From an uncultured Gammaproteobacteria bacterium (lineage in GTDB: Bacteria > Pseudomonadota > Gammaproteobacteria > DRLM01), in contig CAVSNY010000006.1 in the NCBI GenBank assembly GCA_963729605.1, forward strand, positions 1 to 64,000: a DNA stretch of 64,000 nt, written 5' to 3'. The notes beneath the pieces were generated by a model. The model was given only the letters and a program-made list of their open reading frames with translations. It was not told the origin of the DNA and searched no databases. The position numbers and the translations under genes are program-made. Positions 50,742-60,200 of this stretch are shown here, in pieces. Position 1 is the stretch's first letter; each line of letters opens with the position of its first letter.

Positions 50742-51220
50742 CGCCCGGCCTCGGCCTGTATTTTTTCGTCTTCCAAGGGACTGAATAAGCTATCCCGCAA
50801 GTCGGCTGGCAAGAGTTTATCGAGGCGGATGCACTGAACCATGCCTTTTTCATCCATGGCCAATTCGCCGAGAAATTCGGCGCTCTGCGCCCCACGTCCC
50901 GAAGAGATGAAAGAGGATCGAGCGAATTTCGCGGTTTCCGTCACATGTTCGGCCAGCAGGCCCAGCATGTGCTGGCCGCCGCCGCCGTAGGGATAGTCAA
51001 CCACGATGATGCGGGTGCTGAGATGACGCCGCACCGTGTCGCCGCTGATCATTTTCGAGACATCGATGACCGGAACCGCCACACTGCGGTAATTGAACAA
51101 TCCCGCCACGTAATCGGGCGTTTTCGGCAGGCGTTTTAGATTAACGTGCGGTATGACTTCGATGACGTGCCTGACGTCCAACCCGAAGCGATCTTCCCCG
51201 ACGGTGAAGAGAAGCAACAT
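50738..51220 (-). CDS. wspB: CheW-type adaptor, WspB
   Basis: F.VG..RF.LD, VAGLFNYR...VPVID. Confidence 0.9.
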   Translation of the reverse strand: MLLLFTVGEDRFGLDVRHVIEVIPHVNLKRLPKTPDYVAGLFNYRSVAVPVIDVSKMISGDTVRRHLSTRIIVVDYPYGGGGQHMLGLLAEHVTETAKFARSSFISSGRGAQSAEFLGELAMDEKGMVQCIRLDKLLPADLRDSLFSPLEDEKIQAEAGR

Positions 51221-51244
51221 GATATTTACCTCGCAGCGGCGACA

Positions 51245-53302
51245 TTAAGCACTCGCGAACCACGACCCGGATTCATGCGTGCGTTTCTGCACCTTGAAGC
51301 GCGACACCCCGGTTTGCAGGCCATGGGCGGCGTCGTTGAGGCGCTCGATGGCGGAATTGGATTGCCGTATGGAATCCACCGTCTGTTGCGCGGCTTCGTT
51401 GAGCTGGATCATCGCCTGCTTGATCTGATCGGCGCCTTGCGACTGCGATTGCATGCCCTCATGCACGCTTTCAAAACGCGGCGTGAGGGCTTGCACTTGC
51501 TCGATGATTTGTACGAGTTGAGTACCGACCGACTCCACTTCCGCGACGCTGCGCCGCACCTCCTCCGAGAATTTCTCCACGCTCATCACCCCCGCGGTGA
51601 CCGCCGATTGCATCTCCTTCACCATCTGCTCGATGTCCCAGGTGGCCACCGCGGTCTGATCGGCCAAACGGCGAATCTCGGTGGCGACCACCGCGAAGCC
51701 TTGGCCATATTCGCCGGCTTTTTCAGCCTCGATCGCGGCATTGAGAGAAAGCAAGTTGGTCTGATCGGCCACCTTGGTGATGGTGGTGACCACGGTATTA
51801 ATGTTGCTGGCCTTTTCGTTGAGCACTTCGAGTTTGGAGGCGATCGAGGCGGATGCCTCCACCACTTGGTGCATGGTCGATTCCATCTTGTCGAGGCCCG
51901 CCTGGCCGTGACTGGCGGCGGTCGCGGTGGTTTCCGCCACCCGCGCCACTTCCTCCATGGTCCTGACCAGCTCTTTCGACGTGGCGGAAATTTCGGTGGA
52001 CGTCGCGACGATCTCGTTGACCGTGGCGGCCTGTTCGGCGGCGGTCGCCTCCTGTTGTTTGGCGGTGGCGGCGATTTCAGTGGCCGATGAAGTCACTTGG
52101 ATACCCGACTGCTGGACTTGATTGACCAGCCCGCCCAGGTTGTCGACCATTTTTTGTACACCGTTCGCCAATTTGCCGATGGTGTCTTCGCCGCGGATTT
52201 CCAAACGTCCCGTCAAATCGCCCTCCGCGGCACGGATCACCACGCCGAGTATGGTGTCCACCTTTTGCTGAAGATCATCCATCGCCCGGCGCCTGTCTTC
52301 AATCAGTTCGCGCAAATTGTCGATCATCTTCTGCAAGCCCTTGCCAAGCTTGCCGATCGCATCTTCGCCGGAAAAAGGGACCTTACTGGTCAAATCGCCC
52401 GACGCGGTTTTGTCCACCGCATCCAAAAGGATGTTGACCTTGTTCGCCAACTCCTCCGCAATCTGCCGTTCGCGTTCCTGGTGTTCGCGCTCCCGTTGAG
52501 TCGATGAATCGACATTATCCGCCATGGAGTTGAAGGCCATGGCGAGTTTGCCCAGCTCATCGTTGTTGTGGACCACCGCCCGCACACTGTTATTGCCGCT
52601 CGTGCGCGCGTTCAAGGTATCCATCAAGTTTTGCAGCGGGCGGGATATCCAGCCGCGGAACAGAAGATTGACGACCAACAAGCCGCCCATCAGCAACACT
52701 ACATTCGCGAGCGCGCCGACCCACAATTCCTTTTCAACGCCGGCGTCCATATCGGCTAAGGAATAGGTCAAACGGATAGCGCCGTTCACCGACCCCGAGG
52801 GGACTTGATGACATTGCAGGCAATTAACGCCGCGCGTATCGGCGGTGGCTCGAAAGGGCGTCATGACGGTGACCGTGCGCCCCTTTTCGTTCTTGCCCAC
52901 CACCAAGATGTCTTCCCCCATCAAGGCCCTTTGATCGAGATCGTCCATGGGCTGCTCTTCGGGGAAACCGACGCCGAATTGTGCTTTTACCGGTAAACCC
53001 CGAACGACTCTCGCCTCGAGGACATTGGTACGGCGCAGCATTTTTTCGCGCAGGATATTTCTCTGGTCCATAGTGCCGGTCAGCATCATGGTATTGAGGC
53101 TGTCGAAATACAATGTCGAGGTGTCTTTGATTTGCGTTTCCGCCAACAGAAGAATGGCTTCTTTTTGGCGGATACCGGAATAAATCGTCACGGAGCCAAC
53201 GACCAGTATGAAGATCATGGCCACGGTGAAATTGATTTTTGCGCGCACGGATAAACGATTGGCGAAGGGAAGCCGATTAACGATGGTTTGCATGGTATGC
53301 AT
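51245..53302 (-). CDS. wspA: Methyl-accepting chemotaxis protein (WspA position) with periplasmic CxxCH
   Basis: 2 TM helices, periplasmic CLQCH, HAMP repeats, [40 protein letters not shown]. Confidence 0.88.
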   Translation of the reverse strand: MHTMQTIVNRLPFANRLSVRAKINFTVAMIFILVVGSVTIYSGIRQKEAILLLAETQIKDTSTLYFDSLNTMMLTGTMDQRNILREKMLRRTNVLEARVVRGLPVKAQFGVGFPEEQPMDDLDQRALMGEDILVVGKNEKGRTVTVMTPFRATADTRGVNCLQCHQVPSGSVNGAIRLTYSLADMDAGVEKELWVGALANVVLLMGGLLVVNLLFRGWISRPLQNLMDTLNARTSGNNSVRAVVHNNDELGKLAMAFNSMADNVDSSTQREREHQERERQIAEELANKVNILLDAVDKTASGDLTSKVPFSGEDAIGKLGKGLQKMIDNLRELIEDRRRAMDDLQQKVDTILGVVIRAAEGDLTGRLEIRGEDTIGKLANGVQKMVDNLGGLVNQVQQSGIQVTSSATEIAATAKQQEATAAEQAATVNEIVATSTEISATSKELVRTMEEVARVAETTATAASHGQAGLDKMESTMHQVVEASASIASKLEVLNEKASNINTVVTTITKVADQTNLLSLNAAIEAEKAGEYGQGFAVVATEIRRLADQTAVATWDIEQMVKEMQSAVTAGVMSVEKFSEEVRRSVAEVESVGTQLVQIIEQVQALTPRFESVHEGMQSQSQGADQIKQAMIQLNEAAQQTVDSIRQSNSAIERLNDAAHGLQTGVSRFKVQKRTHESGSWFASA

Positions 53303-53458
53303 CCTTTTTCATTGCACCACCGAACAATCTGGTGAATGTAATGGCCTGACTAATATGTCATTTTAATAACGCCCCTTTTAGAATGGCCATCGAATCACTT
53401 CGCCGTTCCTTGCGGGACCTGACTGCAAACGGGCACACCTCACGTGAACCCATTGCTA

Positions 53459-53485
53459 TCAACGGCTAAGGGCATTAAAACTTTA
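53459..53485 (-). promoter_or_regulatory. sigma28 (FliA)-type promoter for the wsp operon
   Basis: Minus strand TAAAGTTT-N11-GCCGTTGA versus consensus TAAAGTTT-N11-GCCGATAA. Confidence 0.65.
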
Positions 53486-53851
53486 ACCAGCGCCGCACAC
53501 ATTCCCTGCCGGACCCCTTTACCGACAAAACCAACCTTCGCCGCCAAAATTTGGCGACGAAATTGACCGTCACAGGAAAGAAACACCATATTTTTATTGA
53601 CGTTACGGAGAAACCCTGTTAAAAATCCACCTTGCGCGGGAATATGACTATTAAAAATTTTTAGCTTTTATAAACACGCGCTCGGTTGGTACTTGGGTAG
53701 GGACATCGATTCCACAAATGACAGTGGTGCTCACATATTTCAGCACCGTTCGCGACCCTGACTTAGGGGCGCGGGTCTGGTTTCCCATTTCTCGGCAATT
53801 GTTCATCATAAATTTATATTGGTGCGGCAACGCATCGTCGGAGTGGCAAGG

Positions 53852-56404
53852 ATGGCCGCCATGAATGGGCTCAATAAAGACGTTATTGAGTTTCCCAAAC
53901 CCAAACCGCGCGCGCCGGAGCCGCGGCGACAAGCCCGCATTCTCATCGTCAACGACCAAGACGATATTCTTCACCTGTTATCGAAAATCCTGACCAAAGA
54001 AGGTCATTTTCAGATCAGCGAGGCCCGCGACGGCGGTGAAGCGATCCGCCGGCTCCGCGGAGAACCGATAGATCTGCTGATCACCGATATTCATATGCCC
54101 CGGTTGGATGGCTGGCGGCTGGCCCGCATGGTGCGTTCCGGTCTATTCAACTGTCCCGCCACCACGCCGATCATCGTGGCCTCGGCCACCTTCAGCGAAC
54201 GCATCGCCGAAACCACCGCCCGCGAATTCGAGGTCAATCGTTTCTTATCCCTGCCGCTGGCAGACCGCGGTGAATTGGTGCGTTCCGTAGAGACCCTCCT
54301 CGCCGACTCCAACCCCATGCTTAAAAAGCCTCGACTGCTGATCATCGAGGACGACCCGGATACCACGATACTTGCGGAACGGATGTTGCGCGGCCGCTTC
54401 GACATCGAAACGGTGGGGGACGGTGACGCGGGTCTGGCGTCGTGGCGTAAACAGCACCATGACCTGGTGTTGCTGGACGTCATGCTGCCCAAGATGGCGG
54501 GGCCGGAAGTGCTGCGCACGATACTGGCGGAAGACCCGCAGCAGACCATCATTATCATGACCGCCGACAGCAGCGCCGAACGTTGTGAATCGCTGATGCT
54601 GGAGGGCGCGGTCGATTTCGTGTCCAAACCATTTCACGCCAACCAATTGCGCCAAATTTGTGAAATCGCGGTACGGCGGGCCGACTGCCTGGTCAGCAAT
54701 CATCAGTTCTCGGAGCGCACCCGCGCCCTCAAGACCGCGCAAAGCCACTACCACAAAATCGTCGACGCCCATCAGCGCTTGCTGGACAATCTCAGCTCGG
54801 TGGTATTTGAACTCGACCCCGACGGCCGGCTGCGTTTTCTCAACCGTGCCTGGGAACAGCTCAGTCATTTCAAAACCCACGAGAGCATCGGCCGGTTTCT
54901 TTACGACTTTCTGGCGCCACTGGACCGCGGCCAATGCCGCAGCGTCATCCGCGCCTTGGCGCAAGGCCGTAAACAGCACCACGAACAGGAAGTCCGCCTG
55001 CTCAGTAAACGCGGTGAGACGGTGTGGACCGAAATCACCCTCAACGTCAAACCGCATCCGGACACGGGTATCGAAGCGATTTTCGGCCACCTTACCGACA
55101 TTACCGAGCGCAAATTGGCCATGGCCCAATTGGAGCATCTGGCCATCCACGATTCGCTGACCGGCTTATACAACCGCCGCTACTTCGAAATCGGTCTGGA
55201 ACATATGGCCGCCAGCAGCGCCCGCTCCGCGGGCTCCCACGCGCTGCTCTACATCGACCTCGACCACTTCCAAATAGTCAACGACGCGATAGGCCATCGC
55301 GAAGGCGACATGGTGCTCAAGGAAATCGCCACTTTATTATCCTCCCGCACCCGGGAGGCCGACTTGCTATGTCGGATCGGCGGCGATGAATTCGCGATCC
55401 TGCTCACCCACGCCGATGCCGAGCAAGCCACGGCCGCCGCCTACGGCCTCGTCGAAGTCATCAACAATTTCCGTTACCGCCACGAGGGGCTCGAAATCGC
55501 CTTGGGATGCAGCATCGGCATCAGCCTGATCGACGGCGGTCAACCGTCGGGCGCGGTCCATCTCATGCAAGCGGACAAGGCCAGTTTCTCGGCGAAAAAC
55601 CGCGGCCGCAATCTGGTCCATATCTACAATCCGGCCGACAAGGACAGCGACGAATTACGGCAGAGCATCGACTGGGCCCACCGGGTCCGGCAGGCCATCA
55701 ACGAGGATCGTTTGGAACTCTATGTCCAACCCATCCTCGAACTCGCCACCGGCAAGATCAATCATTACGAGGCGCTGTTGCGCCTGCGCACCCGCGAACC
55801 CGTCGACATCATCACGCCGGGCATTTTTATCCCCGCCGTGGAAAAGGCCGGGCAAATCCACATGCTCGACCGCTGGGTCATCAAACGCGCCATTCAAATG
55901 TTGTCCACTCAAAACCGGTTGTCCCAACTGGCGATCAACCTCTCCGGCCACGCCTTCGCCGATCCCGATCTACTCGGCTTCGTCCAAAACGAGTTGGATA
56001 GCCAGCGAGTGGACCCCAAGCGGATCATCTTCGAGATCACCGAAACCGCGAGCGTGGCCAATATCAATGAAACCCAGCGCATGATCAACCAGCTACAGAG
56101 CCTGGGTTGCCGCTTCGCCCTCGACGATTTCGGCACGGGCTTCTGTTCGTTCCATTACCTGCGGCATCTCCCTACCGACTTTCTGAAATTAGACGGTTCG
56201 TACATCAAAAACATCGCCGATAACGACCTCGACTTCGCCATGGTGCGTTCCATGAACGACATCGCCCACATCCTCGGCAAAAAAACCATTGCGGAATGTG
56301 TCGAAACACCGGCCGTCCTGCATCGTCTGCGAGAAATCGGCGTGGACTACGTTCAAGGACACGGCATAGGGCATGCCTTACCCCTGGAGTTTTACTCCGC
56401 TTAA
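53852..56404 (+). CDS. REC-REC-PAS-GGDEF-EAL protein (start 53852 or 53861)
   Basis: Two receiver domains (TDIHMP, LDVMLP), PAS/PAC, READ I-site plus RIGGDEF, YEALLR, LDDFGTG. Confidence 0.93.
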   Translation: MAAMNGLNKDVIEFPKPKPRAPEPRRQARILIVNDQDDILHLLSKILTKEGHFQISEARDGGEAIRRLRGEPIDLLITDIHMPRLDGWRLARMVRSGLFNCPATTPIIVASATFSERIAETTAREFEVNRFLSLPLADRGELVRSVETLLADSNPMLKKPRLLIIEDDPDTTILAERMLRGRFDIETVGDGDAGLASWRKQHHDLVLLDVMLPKMAGPEVLRTILAEDPQQTIIIMTADSSAERCESLMLEGAVDFVSKPFHANQLRQICEIAVRRADCLVSNHQFSERTRALKTAQSHYHKIVDAHQRLLDNLSSVVFELDPDGRLRFLNRAWEQLSHFKTHESIGRFLYDFLAPLDRGQCRSVIRALAQGRKQHHEQEVRLLSKRGETVWTEITLNVKPHPDTGIEAIFGHLTDITERKLAMAQLEHLAIHDSLTGLYNRRYFEIGLEHMAASSARSAGSHALLYIDLDHFQIVNDAIGHREGDMVLKEIATLLSSRTREADLLCRIGGDEFAILLTHADAEQATAAAYGLVEVINNFRYRHEGLEIALGCSIGISLIDGGQPSGAVHLMQADKASFSAKNRGRNLVHIYNPADKDSDELRQSIDWAHRVRQAINEDRLELYVQPILELATGKINHYEALLRLRTREPVDIITPGIFIPAVEKAGQIHMLDRWVIKRAIQMLSTQNRLSQLAINLSGHAFADPDLLGFVQNELDSQRVDPKRIIFEITETASVANINETQRMINQLQSLGCRFALDDFGTGFCSFHYLRHLPTDFLKLDGSYIKNIADNDLDFAMVRSMNDIAHILGKKTIAECVETPAVLHRLREIGVDYVQGHGIGHALPLEFYSA

Positions 56405-56541
56405 AATCGTCGCGCCCGCTCATCCTGCGTGCAACGATAAACGGCGGACCGATCGACAATTCGCAATATTCACTCGATACAATTTGTTGCAAGCAATCCG
56501 ACAGTCTATTATTGTGTGTATCTGTATCCGGGAGAACGTTG

Positions 56542-58506
56542 ATGTCGTCTATCACCCCTAGCGATGCTCTTAATAAGAATAACGAATATCATGACACCTC
56601 CCGAGCACAGCCTTTCAGTGCCGCGGACCTGATACTTTATTACCTGGAACAACTCGACATCGATTTCGTGTTCGGCATCCCCGGCGGGAGCATCGAGCCT
56701 TTATATAATGCCTTGGCCCGCAGCCAACGCCGCGGTGGGCCCCGCCCGGTCGTGGCCCGCCACGAAACCGGCGCGGCCTTCATGGCCGACGGCTACGCCC
56801 GCGAGACCGGTAAGCTCGGCGTGTGTTGCGCCACCACCGGCCCCGGCGCCACCAATATGCTCACCGGCGTGGCCTCCGCCTACCAAGACCAAATCCCCCT
56901 TCTGGCGATCACCGCCCAAACGCCGCTTCGCACCTTTGGCCGCGGCGCGGTGCAAGAATCCAGCTGCACCGGCATCAACACCGTGGCCATGTATGAACAC
57001 TGTACCCGCTACAACACCCTGGTCTCGCACGTCGATCAGTTGGAGCGCAAATTGATCAGCGCCATCACCATCGCCATGCAGCCGCCTTGCGGTCCGGTGC
57101 ATTTGAGCATTCCGCTGGACGTACTCCGCGAACCGGTGAACATCCAACCCGGCCATAATCTCAAATCCCTGCTTTATCCCTCCTTTGCCGTGGATGACGA
57201 AGCAGTCGATCAGCTGCAGAATACCTTGCGCACGTCCCGCAATGCCGTATTCGTGTTGGGCGCCGGCGCGGGCAAGGCGGTGGGTACCATTCTTGAAATC
57301 GCCGTACTGCTCAATGCGCATGTCATTACCACTCCTCACGGCAAAGGCCTGATCAGCGCTTATCATCCCCAATACCGGGGCGTATATGGGCTGGCGGGCC
57401 ATCCCACCGCGCACGGTCTGCTCAAGGATCCCAGCGTGGACGTCGTGCTGGCGATCGGCACCGACCTGGACGAACAGGCGACCAACAGTTGGGACCACAG
57501 CGCCCTGATGGGTAAAAAAGTGGTGTTCATCGACTCCACGCCTCAGCATTTCTCCCGTTCGCCCATGGCGCGTCAACACATCAGCGGCAATCTGCGCAGC
57601 CTGTTCGAAAGACTGATCGGCCGTTTATACAGCAACCGCAAAGATCAGCAGGACGTGTTCTGGCAATTTTCCGAACATAATCGGCCGCGCAATTTTCCGG
57701 TCGTGCAATTCGACCGCCGCGCCAGCGACCGCCGCCACCTCACGCCTCGGCCGCATTTTTCGGAAGGCGTCACTCCGCTGCGCACCAAGGAAAACCGCCA
57801 AACGCTGGACCGGCGCCGCGACCTCGCCATCCCGCAGACCGCGCGCCGCTTCGCGTTAAAAGACGAGGACAAATATATCTCCAACGCCGTCCCCATCAAA
57901 CCGCAACGGCTGATGTACGATTTATCCCGGCTCTTCCCACCCACCACCCGTTTTCTCGCCGATATCGGCAATAGTTTCCTGTGGGTCATCCATTATCTGC
58001 ACCCCTACGACCGCCGAATCATCGGTGACCGCGCCCTCGCCTCCGGCCTGATCCGGCTGGGCATGGGCTTCGCTTCCATGGGTTGGGCCATCAGCGCCGC
58101 GGTGGGCACCGCGGTCGCCTGTCGCGGCAATCCGGTAGTCTGCATCGCCGGCGATGGCGCCGTGCTGATGAGCGGCCAGGAATTGAACACCGCGGTGCAG
58201 GAAAAACTGCCTATCATTTACGTCATCCTCAATGATGCCGCCTTCGGCACCGTCAAACATGGCCAACAAATGGCCGGCGCGGAACCCATCGCCTTTGAAT
58301 TGCCTCCCATCGATTTTGTCGCCTACGCCAAATCCATGGGGGCGGACGGTTACCGCATCGATTCGCCCGAGGACATGGCGGCTCTCGACATCGCCGCGCT
58401 CTGCAACCGCGCCGGCCCCACCGTACTCGATGTCCACATCGATCCGCATGAACGGCCGCCCTTGGAACAACGTATCAAAATGCTCAATGTCGATGCCAAC
58501 GCATAG
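56542..58506 (+). CDS. ThDP-dependent enzyme, acetolactate-synthase-like family (probably not IlvB/IlvI)
   Basis: FGIPGG, ARHETGA.FMADGYAR, TTGPGATN, ThDP motif GDG..LMSGQE..LND; GGAG RBS before ATG 56542. Confidence 0.9.
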   Translation: MSSITPSDALNKNNEYHDTSRAQPFSAADLILYYLEQLDIDFVFGIPGGSIEPLYNALARSQRRGGPRPVVARHETGAAFMADGYARETGKLGVCCATTGPGATNMLTGVASAYQDQIPLLAITAQTPLRTFGRGAVQESSCTGINTVAMYEHCTRYNTLVSHVDQLERKLISAITIAMQPPCGPVHLSIPLDVLREPVNIQPGHNLKSLLYPSFAVDDEAVDQLQNTLRTSRNAVFVLGAGAGKAVGTILEIAVLLNAHVITTPHGKGLISAYHPQYRGVYGLAGHPTAHGLLKDPSVDVVLAIGTDLDEQATNSWDHSALMGKKVVFIDSTPQHFSRSPMARQHISGNLRSLFERLIGRLYSNRKDQQDVFWQFSEHNRPRNFPVVQFDRRASDRRHLTPRPHFSEGVTPLRTKENRQTLDRRRDLAIPQTARRFALKDEDKYISNAVPIKPQRLMYDLSRLFPPTTRFLADIGNSFLWVIHYLHPYDRRIIGDRALASGLIRLGMGFASMGWAISAAVGTAVACRGNPVVCIAGDGAVLMSGQELNTAVQEKLPIIYVILNDAAFGTVKHGQQMAGAEPIAFELPPIDFVAYAKSMGADGYRIDSPEDMAALDIAALCNRAGPTVLDVHIDPHERPPLEQRIKMLNVDANA

Positions 58507-58527
58507 TCCAAGCAGCGGATCGAGGTC

Positions 58528-59349
58528 ATGACAGACAAAAGCGATAAATTCAACACCCGGATTTGGGACGAAGTGCCCGAGGCCGACAACCCTTTCGCCG
58601 CCGCCGCCAGTTTTTGTCATGGTTATAATGTGTACGGCGACCTGCTCGGCAAAGCCGGTTGGATAGAATACCTCTATCTCTTGTTTCTCGGTGAACCTCC
58701 CTCACGACAGCAAGCCACGTTATTGGAAGGTATTGCCGTCGCCCTCGCCAATCCCGGCATACGGGATCATAGCGTTCATGCCGCAATGAACGGCGGGGTT
58801 GGCGGCTCCACCAGCGCCGCCTGTTTGATGGCGGCCCTCGCGGTCGGCGCGGGACAACTCGGCGGCGCACACGAAGTGTATCGGGCGATGGAATACTGGC
58901 ACAGCGGCGGCCTCGATTCCGCCGCCTGGGAAACCCTGCTGCGCAATCCACCGCAGGAAGAGCGGATCGATATCTGGCTGCCCATGGAACATCCCCCCGG
59001 GTTCGATCCTCACGGCGCCAGTTGCAGCACACCGGTCCGCCAAACCTTGGCCTACCTCAGCGGGTGTAGCCCCGGTCCGCATTTGGCTTGGCTGCAAGAA
59101 CAGCGGGAGAGACTCGAAAAAATCGCCGATGCCCCCCTTGCGATGAGCGGGGTGGCGGCCGCTACCTTCATGGATCTCTCCCTCAGCGCGGACCAAGGGG
59201 AGATGCTTTATTTACTGCTGCGTCTGCCCGGCGCCGCCGTTCACGCGTTAGAACAGAAGGAATATGGCTGGCGACGATTTCCGTTTTTTGCTGGCGCCAT
59301 AAAAATGAACAACAACCCTGACACGCGAAGCTCGGCTGCGATTTTGTAG
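58528..59349 (+). CDS. Citrate synthase / citryl-CoA lyase-fold protein 1 (divergent)
   Basis: GY.VY.DL.GK, YL.L.GE.P, GGA, PGF, LRLPG...HA.EQ; canonical His/Asp replaced. Confidence 0.75.
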   Translation: MTDKSDKFNTRIWDEVPEADNPFAAAASFCHGYNVYGDLLGKAGWIEYLYLLFLGEPPSRQQATLLEGIAVALANPGIRDHSVHAAMNGGVGGSTSAACLMAALAVGAGQLGGAHEVYRAMEYWHSGGLDSAAWETLLRNPPQEERIDIWLPMEHPPGFDPHGASCSTPVRQTLAYLSGCSPGPHLAWLQEQRERLEKIADAPLAMSGVAAATFMDLSLSADQGEMLYLLLRLPGAAVHALEQKEYGWRRFPFFAGAIKMNNNPDTRSSAAIL

Positions 59350-59361
59350 GAGTATACGACA

Positions 59362-60198
59362 TTGCGTTCGCCATCCGCCCTGCTCAGCAATGAAAACAAC
59401 TGGCACACGACCGCCGGTTCGGCATTACCAGGACAACCCGTCATATATCGAGACAAAGATCTTTTTAAGGACCTCAAGGATTCCCGCTGGCTGCAGTTAT
59501 TAATGTATGGAATAACCGGCCGCTCTTTTGACGAGAAACAAATCAAGCTCCTTGAAGGCATCTGGGTTATATGCACGAGTTATCCCGAGGCCCGCTTATG
59601 GAATAACCGGATCGCGGCCCTGGCCGGCACCGTTAGGACCACGGGTTCTTTAGGTATTGCAGCCGCGATTGCCGCCTCCGAGGCAAGTATCTATGGCCAA
59701 AGACCGGCAATTAAAAGCATAGAATTCTTAATTCGCACCCAAGAAAACCTCGACAAGGGACATAATTTAAAAACCTTGATCACCCATGAGCTAAAAACGC
59801 AGCGTGTAATCCCTGGGTACGGACGCCCACTCATTGGTACCGATGAACGGATTCCCGTAATGATGTCTCTCGCCGAAGAGCTTGGCTATGCGAACGGGTC
59901 CTATGTGAAGCTCGCCTTTGACATAGAAAAGACTTTGCTTGATGGACGTTGGAGGCTTCACATGAACGCGGCGAGTTTGATCGCGGCCTTAGTGGCCGAC
60001 CAAGGCATCAAAGCACGAGAACATTACCTTTATATGATCCAATGTTTCACAGCAGGTATGCTTCCTTGTTATGTCGAAAGTGCGTCCCACCCTGAGGGTA
60101 CTTTTTTGCCAATCCGATGTAGCGGCATCAATTATATCGGGCCACAAAGACGGGCATGGACGAGCGCGGGCACTCAACACAATGCGTCAAAAATGTAA
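59362..60198 (+). CDS. Citrate synthase / citryl-CoA lyase-fold protein 2 (divergent)
   Basis: YR.KDL, TGR, IPGYGRP, DER, MN, C-terminal Y.GP..R; TTG start after AGGAG. Confidence 0.75.
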   Translation: MRSPSALLSNENNWHTTAGSALPGQPVIYRDKDLFKDLKDSRWLQLLMYGITGRSFDEKQIKLLEGIWVICTSYPEARLWNNRIAALAGTVRTTGSLGIAAAIAASEASIYGQRPAIKSIEFLIRTQENLDKGHNLKTLITHELKTQRVIPGYGRPLIGTDERIPVMMSLAEELGYANGSYVKLAFDIEKTLLDGRWRLHMNAASLIAALVADQGIKAREHYLYMIQCFTAGMLPCYVESASHPEGTFLPIRCSGINYIGPQRRAWTSAGTQHNASKM

Positions 60199-60200
60199 TT

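Noticed and set aside
53303-53851. c-di-GMP riboswitch or sigma54 promoter
   Set aside because: No GEMM-like consensus found by eye; the GG/GC spacing near 53820 is 9, not 10
56542-58506. Housekeeping acetolactate synthase (ilvB/ilvI)
   Set aside because: No small subunit or ilvC nearby; divergent motifs and a large insert
60130-60160. YIGPQRR as a Cle-type c-di-GMP motif
   Set aside because: Single copy, and Y.GP..R is the ordinary C-terminal motif of the citrate synthase fold
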